DNA of 64,000 nt from Planctomycetota bacterium (GCA_963582065.1 CAUZRQ010000013.1:910-64909), one strand, 5' to 3'; counted from the stretch's first letter, positions 8,750-18,427 are shown. Notes: generated by a model from the sequence alone, not told the origin. Numbers and translations: made by a program.

Positions 8750-10027
8750 TTACTTGAGGAAGAAGAAACGCTCGGCGTCCATCACCGTCTTGGGGTCCCG
8801 TTTTCTGAGGACGGCCAGGTGTTTCAGGGCGGCCTGGACATGCTTGGGTATCGGGCCAGCCGTCTTTTTCTTGTTCTTGCCCTTGGGAATGTCCTTGGAG
8901 CAGACCAGCATGTAACGCACGACGGCCCGCTTGATCGCGGGGACGTTGAATGCCTTGTCGTCGTACATCGTCATCAGCCGATCCTGGATGCTCCAGTCCT
9001 TCCAGCGTGCCAGGTCGGCGATGACCAGGTCGGCCAGTTCGGGACGATCCAGCAGGATTCTCATCGACTGTCGCAACCGCGGCTTGGCGATCCGGCCATC
9101 GGCGTAGCTCCACATGAACCGCAGTGCCTGCATCGCCGCGTAGGTCTCGCTGAAGGGCACCAGTTTCTTTCGACCCTTCTTGTCGGTCAGCACCTTGCCG
9201 TCGGCATCGACCAGGAACTGGTTCTTGAGCTTGAGTTGTTCGATCAGCGGCAGGCCCTTCTCGCCGGCCAGCAACAGGTAGCCGGACATCACGCCGTCGA
9301 TTCCCAGCCGAAATTCCTCCGAGGGCGTCGAGATCTTCTTCTCCATCAGCTTGGCATCGGCCTGGTTGCCCGAGAGACCCAGCAGCAGTCCGTAGAGACC
9401 CATGCGGGTGGGTGGGGTTTCGGCGTCGGAGATCCAGCGAGCGACCTTGGCGCGGGGCATCAGCTTGCTGACCGCGGCGATGTCCTTGTACGGCGCGTTG
9501 GCGAACTCGGCGTAGGCGTCATCGGCGATCTGCCGGTCGGGGAACTCGAGGAATTTCATGAAGTAGGCCAGCCGCTTGTTCGCAGCGGCCTCCGGCGAGG
9601 GAGCCTGGACGATGTACTGGTAGCTGGTCTCGGTGACCGGCAACGGGCTGCCCCACTCGACCTTGGTCGCCTTGCTGCCCAGCAGCAAAAACATGTCGCC
9701 CTTCTTGCCCGAACGAAATCGCGAGAGCCGGACGCGTTGGCCTTTCTTGACTGCCCCGCGGCCGTTGCGGATCACCTCGCGGATCTCGTAGGTCGTCTCC
9801 GACGGCAACCGCTTCCCCTTGACCTGCCGAGCCTTTTTCGCGTCAGCCCACATCACCAGGGCCGCCGCGTCGGCCTGAGAGAGTTGCTCGGCGAGGGTCA
9901 GCGAGGGGGCCGCGCAGAACGGACAGTGCCACACGGCCGAGGTGGCCGCCGGGGCCAGAACGAACAGGCCGGACAGTGCGACGACTGCCAGCGAGAACAT
10001 CGAGCAGGGGGTTCGGTTCAGTGACAT
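8750..10027 (-). CDS. Secreted hypothetical protein with N-terminal CPFC motif (helical-repeat-like)
   Basis: Signal peptide (FSLAVVALSGLFVLAPAATSA) is followed directly by WHCPFCAAPS. The 425-aa ORF has normal amino-acid composition and is co-directional with the ABC/DUF3299 genes. Confidence 0.65.
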   Translation of the reverse strand: MSLNRTPCSMFSLAVVALSGLFVLAPAATSAVWHCPFCAAPSLTLAEQLSQADAAALVMWADAKKARQVKGKRLPSETTYEIREVIRNGRGAVKKGQRVRLSRFRSGKKGDMFLLLGSKATKVEWGSPLPVTETSYQYIVQAPSPEAAANKRLAYFMKFLEFPDRQIADDAYAEFANAPYKDIAAVSKLMPRAKVARWISDAETPPTRMGLYGLLLGLSGNQADAKLMEKKISTPSEEFRLGIDGVMSGYLLLAGEKGLPLIEQLKLKNQFLVDADGKVLTDKKGRKKLVPFSETYAAMQALRFMWSYADGRIAKPRLRQSMRILLDRPELADLVIADLARWKDWSIQDRLMTMYDDKAFNVPAIKRAVVRYMLVCSKDIPKGKNKKKTAGPIPKHVQAALKHLAVLRKRDPKTVMDAERFFFLK

Positions 10028-10098
10028 GACACGTGTCTCCGGTTGGCTTGTTCCCGAGCCCGTTTCGGGTCCGGTCTGTTTTGTTCGAAGGGAATCAC

Positions 10099-10953
10099 TC
10101 AGCGGTCGACCACGACCGCATCGTCGATGCTGTACAACAGTTTAGGGTCTTCTATCTTCTTGGCGATATGGAACAGCCCCACTACGTCGAAGGGACGGTT
10201 CTGGATGTAGGGCGAGGTGACTCCCTTGCGGAGCACGATCCGGACCAGGTCGTAGATCTTCGGGTTGCGGCCGAAGCAGCAGATCTGGTTGTCGCGGGCC
10301 AGCACGAAGATCTCGACGGGATCCTGGAACGTGGGGTACATGAACCCGCGGACGCGGATCCGCTTGCCGTCGAGCTGCTTGAGCCACCCGGGCATGTGGT
10401 CGGGCGCATTGGGCGGCACCGGCTCCATGTTGAGCACTTTCAGCAGGTCGAAGTCGTCGTAAGACACCCGCAGGGCCTTTTCGGGGCCCTCGACCCTGAA
10501 CGTCTTCTTCTTGACCAGCAGCTTGATCTCGCGAGGCTCTTTGGGACCGGCATCCGGTTTGTTTTCCAGTGAGGTCGGCCGGCGTCCCGAGGGGTCCAGT
10601 TGCGGGCCGAGTCCTTCGCCGGGAAGGGCCGGCCGCAGCGGGTTGGCCGGGTCGGCCTCCGCCGGCGGACGTGAACCGGGCGGATTCTCGAACGACGGCG
10701 GATCCACCGTCGGCACCTCGAGCTGTTCCGGATCGACCGGGGTGGGCGGATCGCCTGTGCCGGGGTCGTCGGCCGCAGCCGATCCAGCAACGGTCGTCCC
10801 GTCGTCGACACCCGGTCCGGTCGTCGCCGGAGCGACATCCGCCTGGGTCACCTCGCGATAGCCGCCGCCGTCGTCGCGGCAACCGGCGATGATCAGCAGT
10901 CCGCAGAGGACCATGGCGAGCCGGCAGCCCGGCCGCAATTGTCGGATCGGCAT
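10099..10953 (-). CDS. DUF3299-domain lipoprotein
   Basis: Lipobox LLIIAGC. Pro/Gly/Asp-rich linker. C-terminal KRIRVRGFMYP...FVLARDNQICCFGRNP motif typical of DUF3299. Confidence 0.75.
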   Translation of the reverse strand: MPIRQLRPGCRLAMVLCGLLIIAGCRDDGGGYREVTQADVAPATTGPGVDDGTTVAGSAAADDPGTGDPPTPVDPEQLEVPTVDPPSFENPPGSRPPAEADPANPLRPALPGEGLGPQLDPSGRRPTSLENKPDAGPKEPREIKLLVKKKTFRVEGPEKALRVSYDDFDLLKVLNMEPVPPNAPDHMPGWLKQLDGKRIRVRGFMYPTFQDPVEIFVLARDNQICCFGRNPKIYDLVRIVLRKGVTSPYIQNRPFDVVGLFHIAKKIEDPKLLYSIDDAVVVDR

Positions 10954-11711
10954 CAGAAGTCCACCTTGGCCCGTTTGCAGAGTTCGGCGTCGATCCGGTA
11001 GATCGGCCGGAACTGCAGGTCACTTTTGGAGCGGATGTTGGATGTCCGGAACGTGCCGGCGACGCCGGTGAGACCCAGTTCCAGGTCGAAAGTCTGACCG
11101 GCCGGCAGAAACACCTCGACCATGTCCGACTGGTTGGGTTGTCGACCGAAGCAGCACTGCAGGTTGTCCTTGACGATCACGAAACTGGTCAGCCGCTCCC
11201 GCTGCTTGCCACGGTACATGAACCCCCTCAGGTAGATCTTCTTGCCGTTCATGGCGGCGATGTCGGGGTGTAGCGCCAGTTTTTCGCCGAAGCCCTTCTT
11301 CGAGATATCAGTGGTGAAGTTGACCGCATCGAACCCGTCGGGCACCTCGCTGCTGAACAGCAGGGCCGTGATGCCGACGTTGCCCACCGCGGCCACACCA
11401 CCCAGGACGACTCCGACCAGGGCGGTCTTGCCGCCGCTGAAGGCCCCCTGGGTCTTGCGAATCTTCACCAGTGTCAACAGCCCCATCACCCCGGCGGCCA
11501 GGCAGACGATGGTCCAGGCCGTGATCGACAGCGGGCTGATGCCCTCGGCGAAGTGCCAGATCGGCCCCAGGCAGGCCAGTGCACCGGCTCCGGCCGCCAA
11601 CGGCGCCGATGCCGGGATCGGTCGGTACACGAACTTACCGGGCGGCGGGGTCGCGAGCGTCGATGGCGGGAGTGTCTGTGACATGGAAACTGTCCCCTGG
11701 GGGCTCTTCAT
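10953..11711 (-). CDS. DUF3299-domain membrane protein (tandem paralogue)
   Basis: N-terminal TM helices, then KKIYLRGFMYRG...FVIVKDNLQCCFGRQP. TGATG overlap with the downstream DUF3299 gene. Alternative start at 11684. Confidence 0.75.
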   Translation of the reverse strand: MKSPQGTVSMSQTLPPSTLATPPPGKFVYRPIPASAPLAAGAGALACLGPIWHFAEGISPLSITAWTIVCLAAGVMGLLTLVKIRKTQGAFSGGKTALVGVVLGGVAAVGNVGITALLFSSEVPDGFDAVNFTTDISKKGFGEKLALHPDIAAMNGKKIYLRGFMYRGKQRERLTSFVIVKDNLQCCFGRQPNQSDMVEVFLPAGQTFDLELGLTGVAGTFRTSNIRSKSDLQFRPIYRIDAELCKRAKVDF

Positions 11712-11727
11712 CTTATCACGATCGAAT

Positions 11728-13083
11728 TCAGTCGCTCAATGTCCGAGCCACATCCGTGCGGTAGGCGGTCATGCCGGGGACGAATCCGACCAGCGATGCC
11801 AGGGCGATCAGTGCCGGCAGCAGCACCAGTTCGCCCCAGGTGAACGTCCACGGGTCGACCACCAGCCCGTAGCCGGCGACCACCGGCGAGGCGACCAGGA
11901 TCAGCAGGTGGGCCAGAACGAAGCCGGCCAGGCCACCGACGACGCAGAGCAGGGTCGATTCGGCCAGGATCACCGTCAGCACCGTCTGCCGTCGAGCCCC
12001 CAACGCCCGCATGATCGCGATCTCCTTTTTTCGGTCGGCCATCGAGTTGTAGATGCTGACGAAGATGCCGATGCCCGAGACGACGATGATCAGCGAGGTG
12101 AGCCCGATCAGCAGTGTGCGAATCGGTCCGATCAGGGTCTGCATCATGCGGTCGATCTGGACGATCGGCTTGACTGCCTGCGCCTGGACGCCCTCGTTGA
12201 GCCGGCTCATCAGGCGGCTCTCGGCCAACACCTTTTCACCGATCTCGCCCTTGATGTTCAGCAGGATCGCGGTGATCTCCTTCTGGGCCTCCGGCACCGG
12301 TCCGTGTCCCCCCGCCTTCTCGGCTTCGAGCGCCTGCAGAGACTCTTCGCTGACGTTCCCGAAGAACTCGCGTTCGCGGGCGATGGCTTCCGAGAGCGGC
12401 TTTTCGTGCCCGGAGATCATGTAGAAGCCGTCGAGGTGGACAAACACGGTGCGGTCGTTGGGGGTGCCGGTCGCCGCCAGCACGCCGCTGACGGTGAATT
12501 CCTCGTCGTGCACGTGTCCGTCGGATCCGCCGTGGACCAGTTTCAGCTTGGCGCCGACATCCCAGTTGTTCTGACGGGCCACGACGGCTCCGATGGTTGC
12601 GTCGAACGGGTTGCGGATCAGGCCTTCGCCGCTGTGTTTCCCGTCGAGACTCCGGGTCCGGAACTGGAATTTCCGTGGTGTCCCGTCCGCCTCGTGCATG
12701 TAAGGCAGCACGAAGTAGTCCGGGGTGGTCCCCACGATTGGGAAGGCGCCCTGACGGGTCACATCGCCCATCGTGATCGGGATCGCCCGGTCGATCCGGT
12801 TGCCCGCCTCGGAGGTCAACTCGCGGTAGAAACGGTACGGCAGGGGTTCTCCGGCAACGCCGATGCGATAGATGCTGGTGAGAACCAGTTCCAGCTGGCT
12901 GCCCTTGGGTCCGAGGATCAGGTCGTAGCCGGTGGCCGTCTGGACGAACATCCGCTCGGCCATCCCGTTGGCCACCAGGACCACGATCATCAACATCACT
13001 CCCAGTGCCACCGACAGCGAGGTCAGGGCACTGGCCAACGCCCGTTGCTTCACGCTCTTGATGGCGATGGACCAGAGGTTCAT
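11728..13083 (-). CDS. ABC transporter permease, FtsX/MacB type
   Basis: N-terminal TM helix, large periplasmic loop, and C-terminal FtsX-like 3-TM bundle (EIAIMRALGARRQTVLTVILAES). 4-nt overlap with the ATPase gene. Confidence 0.85.
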   Translation of the reverse strand: MNLWSIAIKSVKQRALASALTSLSVALGVMLMIVVLVANGMAERMFVQTATGYDLILGPKGSQLELVLTSIYRIGVAGEPLPYRFYRELTSEAGNRIDRAIPITMGDVTRQGAFPIVGTTPDYFVLPYMHEADGTPRKFQFRTRSLDGKHSGEGLIRNPFDATIGAVVARQNNWDVGAKLKLVHGGSDGHVHDEEFTVSGVLAATGTPNDRTVFVHLDGFYMISGHEKPLSEAIAREREFFGNVSEESLQALEAEKAGGHGPVPEAQKEITAILLNIKGEIGEKVLAESRLMSRLNEGVQAQAVKPIVQIDRMMQTLIGPIRTLLIGLTSLIIVVSGIGIFVSIYNSMADRKKEIAIMRALGARRQTVLTVILAESTLLCVVGGLAGFVLAHLLILVASPVVAGYGLVVDPWTFTWGELVLLPALIALASLVGFVPGMTAYRTDVARTLSD

Positions 13084-13769
13084 GGCGTGGTCCCCGGGTT
13101 GACCGCCGCGGGGGAATTGAACTCGTCGAGTCGTTCGATTCGGTCGAACTGTCCGGCGACGTCATTGGAATGGGTCACCAGCAACAGCGACACGTTGCCG
13201 GTGGTGCAGGCCGAGCGAACCAGGTCGAGAATGGTCTGCTGGTTGGCCAGGTCGACGTTGGCGGTCGGTTCATCGGCCAGCAGCAGCGACGGCTGGTTGG
13301 CCAGGGCGCGGGCCACGGCGACGCGTTGTTGTTCGCCGACGGAGAGTTGTCCGGGGCGATGGTCGAGGCGGTGCGAGAGCCCGACGCTTTCGAGCAATTC
13401 CAGGGCACGGCTGCGGTCGGCCCGGCCCCGCGAGAAACTCATCCCCAGCAACACGTTTTCGAGCGCGGTGAAGGCCGGCAGCAGGTTGAACGTCTGGTAA
13501 ACGAAACCGATCCGTTCGGCCCGGAACCGATCACGGACCGGCTCGGGCAATTCCGTCACCTCGGTGTCATCGATCACCACGCGTCCGGCGTCGGGGGTGG
13601 TGATGCCGGAGATGACGTTCAGCAGCGTCGTCTTGCCCCCGCCACTGGCCCCGACCAACGCCACCTGCTCACCACGGAGAAGTTCAAATCGTTCGATCTC
13701 CAGCACCGGCAGGCTGCCGCCGTCCGGTTCCCGGTAGCTCTTGCGGATGTTCTCGAGCAGCAATGACAT
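13080..13769 (-). CDS. ABC transporter ATP-binding protein (MacB/LolD type)
   Basis: Walker A GASGGGKTT, signature LSVGEQQRVAVARAL, Walker B LLLADEPT. Confidence 0.9.
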   Translation of the reverse strand: MSLLLENIRKSYREPDGGSLPVLEIERFELLRGEQVALVGASGGGKTTLLNVISGITTPDAGRVVIDDTEVTELPEPVRDRFRAERIGFVYQTFNLLPAFTALENVLLGMSFSRGRADRSRALELLESVGLSHRLDHRPGQLSVGEQQRVAVARALANQPSLLLADEPTANVDLANQQTILDLVRSACTTGNVSLLLVTHSNDVAGQFDRIERLDEFNSPAAVNPGTTP

Positions 13770-13904
13770 CGTATGTGTTCGGTCAAGGATCCGTGCAGGG
13801 GTCCCGGGATGGCTGAAAGGTAGTCGATCACTCGTCCATACGCCAAATCGACATTCAGAGGTGGAAGAGTTCAGCCCGGTTTCTGAACTCGAGTTCGAAC
13901 TGGC

Positions 13905-15650
13905 TCAGTCGATCCCGCCCCCGGATTTCCAGTCGATCAGTCGCAGTTCGACCGATTCCCGGCCGCGCCAGCGGTTGATGATCGGTTCGAAACAGATCGA
14001 CAGCGGCCCTTCGGCGGTGCGGATCGGTTCAGCCCATTCGCCGCGGCCGAAGGCGACGGCCTTCAGCGGCCGGTCGTTGGTCTTCAACGACAGCCTGAGG
14101 TGACGATCTCCTTCGCCCATCGTCTGGGGAGCCTCGGCCAGTTCGACGCCGGTTGCCGAGAAGCGGGGGCGGGGGTTGCCCTGTCCGAAGGGGCTGAGCG
14201 TGTCGAGGGCTTTGATGGCCTTGCGGGTCACGTCTTGCAGCCGCACCTCCGCGTCGACCCGCAACTCGAGATCCTCGTCGGTCACCTTGTGGTGTTCAGC
14301 CACGTGGGCGGTGAAGGCCTCGCGGAAGGCCTCGACATTTTCCGACCGGATCGACACGCCGGCCGCGGCGTGGTGTCCGCCGAAGCTCAGCAGGTGTTCC
14401 GAGCAGGCGGCGATACCCGAGTAGAGGTCGAAGCCGGCAAACGAGCGGCCCGATCCCTTGCCGGTGCCTTCCATGGCCGAGAGTGCCAGCATCACGGTCG
14501 GCTTCTCGAACTCCTCGGCCACCTGGTTGGCGACGATGCCGATCACTCCGGCGTGCCAGTCGTTGCTGGCCAGCACCAGTGCCGCCGCATTCTCCCACTC
14601 GGGATTCTCGGCCATCTGTTTCTTGGCCTGCTTGAAGATGCGTGTCTGGAGACTGCGGCGGTCCTTGTTGAGCTTGTCGAGATGCGTGGCCAGTTGACGG
14701 GCGCGGTGGTCGTCGTCGGTGGTCAGCAACTCGACGGCCAGGCGGGCCTGCTGCAGGCGACCGGCGGCATTGATCCGCGGACCGATCGCGAACCCGATAT
14801 CCTCGGCATCCAGCGGCGGCTGCTTGTCGGAGACGTCCAGCAACGCCTTGAGTCCGACGCTGGCTCGACCCGGCAACCCGGCCAGTCCGAACCGGACCAG
14901 CACCCGGTTTTCTCCCAGCAGGGGCATCACGTCCGAGATGGTGCCGATCGCGGCCAGGCTGACGGCCGAGAGCAGGAACTCCTTCATCTGCGGCGAGGCG
15001 CGGCGACCGTCACCGAGCCGTTGGCAGATCGCCCAGGCCAGCTTGAAGGCGACCGCGGCGCCGCAGAGATCCCCGAAGGGGTACTCGCTTCCCGGCAGCC
15101 GGGGATGGACCAGCACCGCCGCTGCCGGCAGCGTCTCGCCGATCGTGTGGTGATCGGTGACGATCAGTTCCAATCCGAGTTCGGCGGCCAGGGCCGCCTC
15201 GTCGATGCTCGCGATGCCGCAGTCGACGGTGATGACCAGCCGCGAACCGTCCTGGTCGGCCAACTCGCGGATGGCCTTGGGATTCAGTCCGTAACCGTCG
15301 TTGAGCCGGTCGGGGATGGTGTAGTCGACGCGGCCGCCGGCCAGTCTCAGGCAGTGCCACAGCAGGCTGGTGCCGGTCACGCCGTCGACATCGTAGTCGC
15401 CGTAGATGGTGATCTGCCGGTCGTTGGAGATTGCCTCGACGATCCGGTCGGCCGCCTCGTTGATCCCCGGCAGCAGGGCGGGATCGTGGAGATCGAGCAG
15501 GCGGGCCGAAAGGAACTCGCGGGCGGCATCGGCCGACTCGATCCCGCGGGCCAACAGCACCTGTGCCACCAGGGGCAGCACTCCCATTTCTCTGGACAGC
15601 GATTTCACGCGGGGTTCGTCGTGGACCGCGTATCGCCAGACTCTGGCCAT
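13905..15650 (-). CDS. recJ: Single-stranded-DNA-specific exonuclease RecJ
   Basis: DHH-family motifs (ITIYGDYDVDG, VITVDCG, VTDHH) and DHHA1 motif GGHHAAAG. Start placed at MARVWRY, codon 29 of track ORF 13905..15734. Confidence 0.9.
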   Translation of the reverse strand: MARVWRYAVHDEPRVKSLSREMGVLPLVAQVLLARGIESADAAREFLSARLLDLHDPALLPGINEAADRIVEAISNDRQITIYGDYDVDGVTGTSLLWHCLRLAGGRVDYTIPDRLNDGYGLNPKAIRELADQDGSRLVITVDCGIASIDEAALAAELGLELIVTDHHTIGETLPAAAVLVHPRLPGSEYPFGDLCGAAVAFKLAWAICQRLGDGRRASPQMKEFLLSAVSLAAIGTISDVMPLLGENRVLVRFGLAGLPGRASVGLKALLDVSDKQPPLDAEDIGFAIGPRINAAGRLQQARLAVELLTTDDDHRARQLATHLDKLNKDRRSLQTRIFKQAKKQMAENPEWENAAALVLASNDWHAGVIGIVANQVAEEFEKPTVMLALSAMEGTGKGSGRSFAGFDLYSGIAACSEHLLSFGGHHAAAGVSIRSENVEAFREAFTAHVAEHHKVTDEDLELRVDAEVRLQDVTRKAIKALDTLSPFGQGNPRPRFSATGVELAEAPQTMGEGDRHLRLSLKTNDRPLKAVAFGRGEWAEPIRTAEGPLSICFEPIINRWRGRESVELRLIDWKSGGGID

Positions 15651-15841
15651 CCTGTCGGCTCCGTCCTGTCGGTTCCGGCCGTGTGATTCACCACCGGGCC
15701 GAGCATCCCAACACAGCCCGGCGTCGCATGTCAAGCTTCCCCGCGCCCGGCCGCTCCCTTACACTGAAACGTTCCCCTCCTCCTCGCCCGTCGGTGGACG
15801 TCCACTGGTTCGGAGGGCCCGATCGAAGGCGGACGCGACCC

Positions 15842-16426
15842 ATGAAACACGTGCTCTCGGCCCTGGTCACCAACCAACCGGGTGTGCTTGCGCACATCAC
15901 CGGCATGCTTGCCTCGCGGGCCTTCAACATCCACAGCCTCGCGGTGGGAGTGACAGAAGACCTCGAGTTTTCGCGAATCACCTTCGTCGTCAACGGCGAC
16001 GTCCACGTCCTGGACCAGGTCCGCAAGCAGCTCGAGAAGATTGTCACCGTCGTCAAGGTTCTCGACTTCTCCAACCGCAAGTACGTCGAACGCGACCTGA
16101 TGCTGATCAAGGTCAGCACCGACAGCGGCATCACCTCCGGTACCGGAAACGGGAGCCGGAGCGAGATCCGGGAACTGGTCGAGATCTTTCGGGGTAAGAT
16201 CGTCGACGTCAGCCCGCGCCACGTGATGGTTGAGATCTCCGGACAGGAACGGAAACTCGAGTCGTTCATCGACCTGGTCCGGTCCTACGGGATCATCGAG
16301 ATGGTTCGCACCGGCCGCGTGGCACTGTTGCGAGCTGACCAGGAGGAGGAGCCGGCGGAGGAAACGAAGCCGGGGGAGGAAACGGAAGAGGGTGCCGAAA
16401 GCGATTCGGCTGAGGCATCCGGGTGA
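15842..16426 (+). CDS. ilvN: Acetolactate synthase small (regulatory) subunit
   Basis: ATG at 15842 inside ORF 15563..16426. MKHVLSALVTNQPGVLAHITGMLASRAFNIHSLAVGVTED is a classic ACT-domain IlvN/IlvH N-terminus. Carries an acidic C-terminal tail. Confidence 0.9.
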   Translation: MKHVLSALVTNQPGVLAHITGMLASRAFNIHSLAVGVTEDLEFSRITFVVNGDVHVLDQVRKQLEKIVTVVKVLDFSNRKYVERDLMLIKVSTDSGITSGTGNGSRSEIRELVEIFRGKIVDVSPRHVMVEISGQERKLESFIDLVRSYGIIEMVRTGRVALLRADQEEEPAEETKPGEETEEGAESDSAEASG

Positions 16427-16520
16427 GACGACCCCGGGGTGGGCCTTCCGGGGACCGCCCGCAGACCAGCCACCGTAGAATGACCCACCTGAGAATCATC
16501 CACATACGAGACAACAACTC

Positions 16521-17525
16521 ATGGCTGCCAAGATCTACTACGACGACGATGCGGACCTGTCGCTGCTCAAGGACAAGACGATTGCCATTCTCGGCTATGG
16601 CAGCCAGGGCCACGCCCAGGCGCAGAACCTCCGCGACAGCGGGCTCAACGTGGTCGTCGGACAGCGACCGGGCAGCGCGAACTACGACCTGGCCGTCGAG
16701 CATGGGTTCGAGCCATTGTCGATCGAAGACGCGACCCGGGCGGGTGACCTGGTCAACATCCTGCTGCCCGACGAGGTGCAGGGCGATGTCTTCCGCGAAC
16801 AGATCCGGCCGAATCTCGAAACCGGCAACTTGTTGCTGTGTTCGCACGGATTCAACATCCACTTCGGTCAGGTGGTGCCGCCCGAAGGTGTCGACGCGGC
16901 GCTGGTGGCCCCCAAGGGGCCGGGACACCTGGTTCGCATCGAGTACGAAAAGGGTGGTGGCGTTCCCTCGCTGATCGCCCTGTTGCCCGGTGCCTCGGAT
17001 GAATCCCGCCAGCTGTCGCTGGCCTATGCCAAGGGCATCGGCGGCACCCGTGGCGGCGTGATCGAGACGACGTTTGCCGAGGAGACCGAGACCGACCTGT
17101 TCGGTGAACAGGTGGTGCTCTGCGGTGGTGTCAGTGCCCTGGTCAAGGCCGCCTACGACACGCTGGTCGAGGCGGGGTACCAGCCCGAGATGGCGTACTT
17201 CGAGTGCATGCACGAGTTGAAGTTGATTGTCGACTTGTTCTACCAGGGCGGGCTCAACTACATGCGTTACAGCGTGTCGAATACCGCCGAGTTCGGGGAC
17301 TACACCCGCGGACCTCGGATCGTCACCGACGAGACAAAGGCCGAGATGAAGAAGATTCTCAAGGAGATCCAGGACGGGCAGTTTGCCCTGGAGTGGATGC
17401 TCGAGAACAAGGCCAACCAGCCGACCTTCCAGGCCAAGCGACGCAACGATCGCAATCACCCGATCGAGCAGGTGGGGCTGGAGCTGCGGCGGATGATGAC
17501 CTGGATCGACTCGAAGGAAGTCTAG
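16521..17525 (+). CDS. ilvC: Ketol-acid reductoisomerase
   Basis: [19 protein letters not shown] Rossmann motif; class I length of 334 aa; conserved [16 protein letters not shown] region. Confidence 0.95.
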   Translation: MAAKIYYDDDADLSLLKDKTIAILGYGSQGHAQAQNLRDSGLNVVVGQRPGSANYDLAVEHGFEPLSIEDATRAGDLVNILLPDEVQGDVFREQIRPNLETGNLLLCSHGFNIHFGQVVPPEGVDAALVAPKGPGHLVRIEYEKGGGVPSLIALLPGASDESRQLSLAYAKGIGGTRGGVIETTFAEETETDLFGEQVVLCGGVSALVKAAYDTLVEAGYQPEMAYFECMHELKLIVDLFYQGGLNYMRYSVSNTAEFGDYTRGPRIVTDETKAEMKKILKEIQDGQFALEWMLENKANQPTFQAKRRNDRNHPIEQVGLELRRMMTWIDSKEV

Positions 17526-17541
17526 GGGGCGGAACCGGCCG

Positions 17542-18399
17542 ATGACCGCGCTGCAACAACACCGTCATCATCCACGGACGTTCCACGACAACCGGTTCGT
17601 CTACCCCGTCCTTTCGCGTCGCAGCCACGGGCTGTCCGTCGGGATCAACCTCAATCCCGACAAGGTCTGCAACTTCGACTGCATCTACTGCCAGGTCGAT
17701 CGGACCAGCCAGGCCGAGACCCGTTTCGTCGAACTCGACGAGGTTCTCGAGGAGCTCGATGCCCTGTTGGCCCAGGTCGCCGACGGTTCGCTCTGGGACG
17801 ATCCCGCCTTCGTCGAAGTCCCCGTCAACCTCCGCCGGTTCAACGACATCGCCTTCTCGGGCGACGGTGAACCGACGACCTACCGGAACTTCGACGAGAT
17901 CGTCGAGCGGGTGGCGGAGGTGAAGGCCCGGTGGGGGGGCGAGGAGCCAAAACTGATCCTGATCACCAACGCCAGCATGTTCCATCGTCCCGCGGTCGAG
18001 CGGGGACTCGAGACGCTCGATGCACACAACGGCGAGATCTGGGCGAAGCTCGAGGCGGGGACCGACGAGTACTTCCGGTTGATCGAGCGGACGGTGGTGC
18101 CGTTTGAGCGGGTGCTGCAGAACATCGCCTCCGCCGCGAGGCGGTGGCCGCTGGTGATCCAGGGCCTGTTCATGCGGGTCCAGGGAGAGGCTCCGCCGGA
18201 GTCGGAGATCGAGGCGTTCTGCGACCGGCTGTGCGAGATCACCGCCGAGGGCGGCCAGCTGAAGCTGGTGCAGGTCTACACCGTGGCGCGGCCGCCGGCC
18301 GAGAGTTTCGTAACGGCACTCCAGGACCGGGAACTGCAGGAGATCGCGTCGCGGGTTCAGACGCGGTGCGGGCTGGCGACCGAGGTGTTCGGCGGGTAG
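17542..18399 (+). CDS. Radical SAM protein, function unknown
   Basis: CNFDCIYC (CxxxCxxC) cluster motif near the N-terminus and GDGEPT SAM-binding-like motif. 285 aa. Confidence 0.8.
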   Translation: MTALQQHRHHPRTFHDNRFVYPVLSRRSHGLSVGINLNPDKVCNFDCIYCQVDRTSQAETRFVELDEVLEELDALLAQVADGSLWDDPAFVEVPVNLRRFNDIAFSGDGEPTTYRNFDEIVERVAEVKARWGGEEPKLILITNASMFHRPAVERGLETLDAHNGEIWAKLEAGTDEYFRLIERTVVPFERVLQNIASAARRWPLVIQGLFMRVQGEAPPESEIEAFCDRLCEITAEGGQLKLVQVYTVARPPAESFVTALQDRELQEIASRVQTRCGLATEVFGG

Positions 18400-18427
18400 G
18401 TCCCGTGGACGGGAGAGCCGAACCCGG

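Noticed and set aside
8667-9113. The upstream 149 codons of the 545-aa form of the peptidase ORF
   Set aside because: This extension is Arg/Pro/Gly/Gln-rich, overlaps the 3' end of the neighbouring gene, and M24 homology begins only at the internal Met (MFDPEP).
7371-10024. Long plus-strand ORFs 7371..8915 (514 aa) and 8498..10024 (508 aa)
   Set aside because: They are antisense to the M24 peptidase and the CPFC secreted-protein genes, with low-complexity Arg/Gly/Val/Asp composition and no domains.
11242-13500. 752-aa plus-strand ORF
   Set aside because: It is antisense to the DUF3299, ABC permease and ATPase genes, which all have canonical motifs. Its composition is typical of off-frame high-GC sequence.
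14100-15686. 528-aa plus-strand ORF antisense to recJ
   Set aside because: RecJ motifs (DHH, DHHA1) are on the opposite strand, and this ORF has no recognisable motif.
15794-15805. Perfect 12-bp palindrome GTGGACGTCCAC 37 nt upstream of ilvN, as a possible operator
   Set aside because: A perfect 6+6 palindrome is expected many times by chance in 64 kb of GC-rich DNA. No second copy or recognisable regulator motif was seen.
16293-17459. 388-aa minus-strand ORF antisense to ilvC
   Set aside because: ilvC is unambiguous on the plus strand, so this is a shadow ORF.
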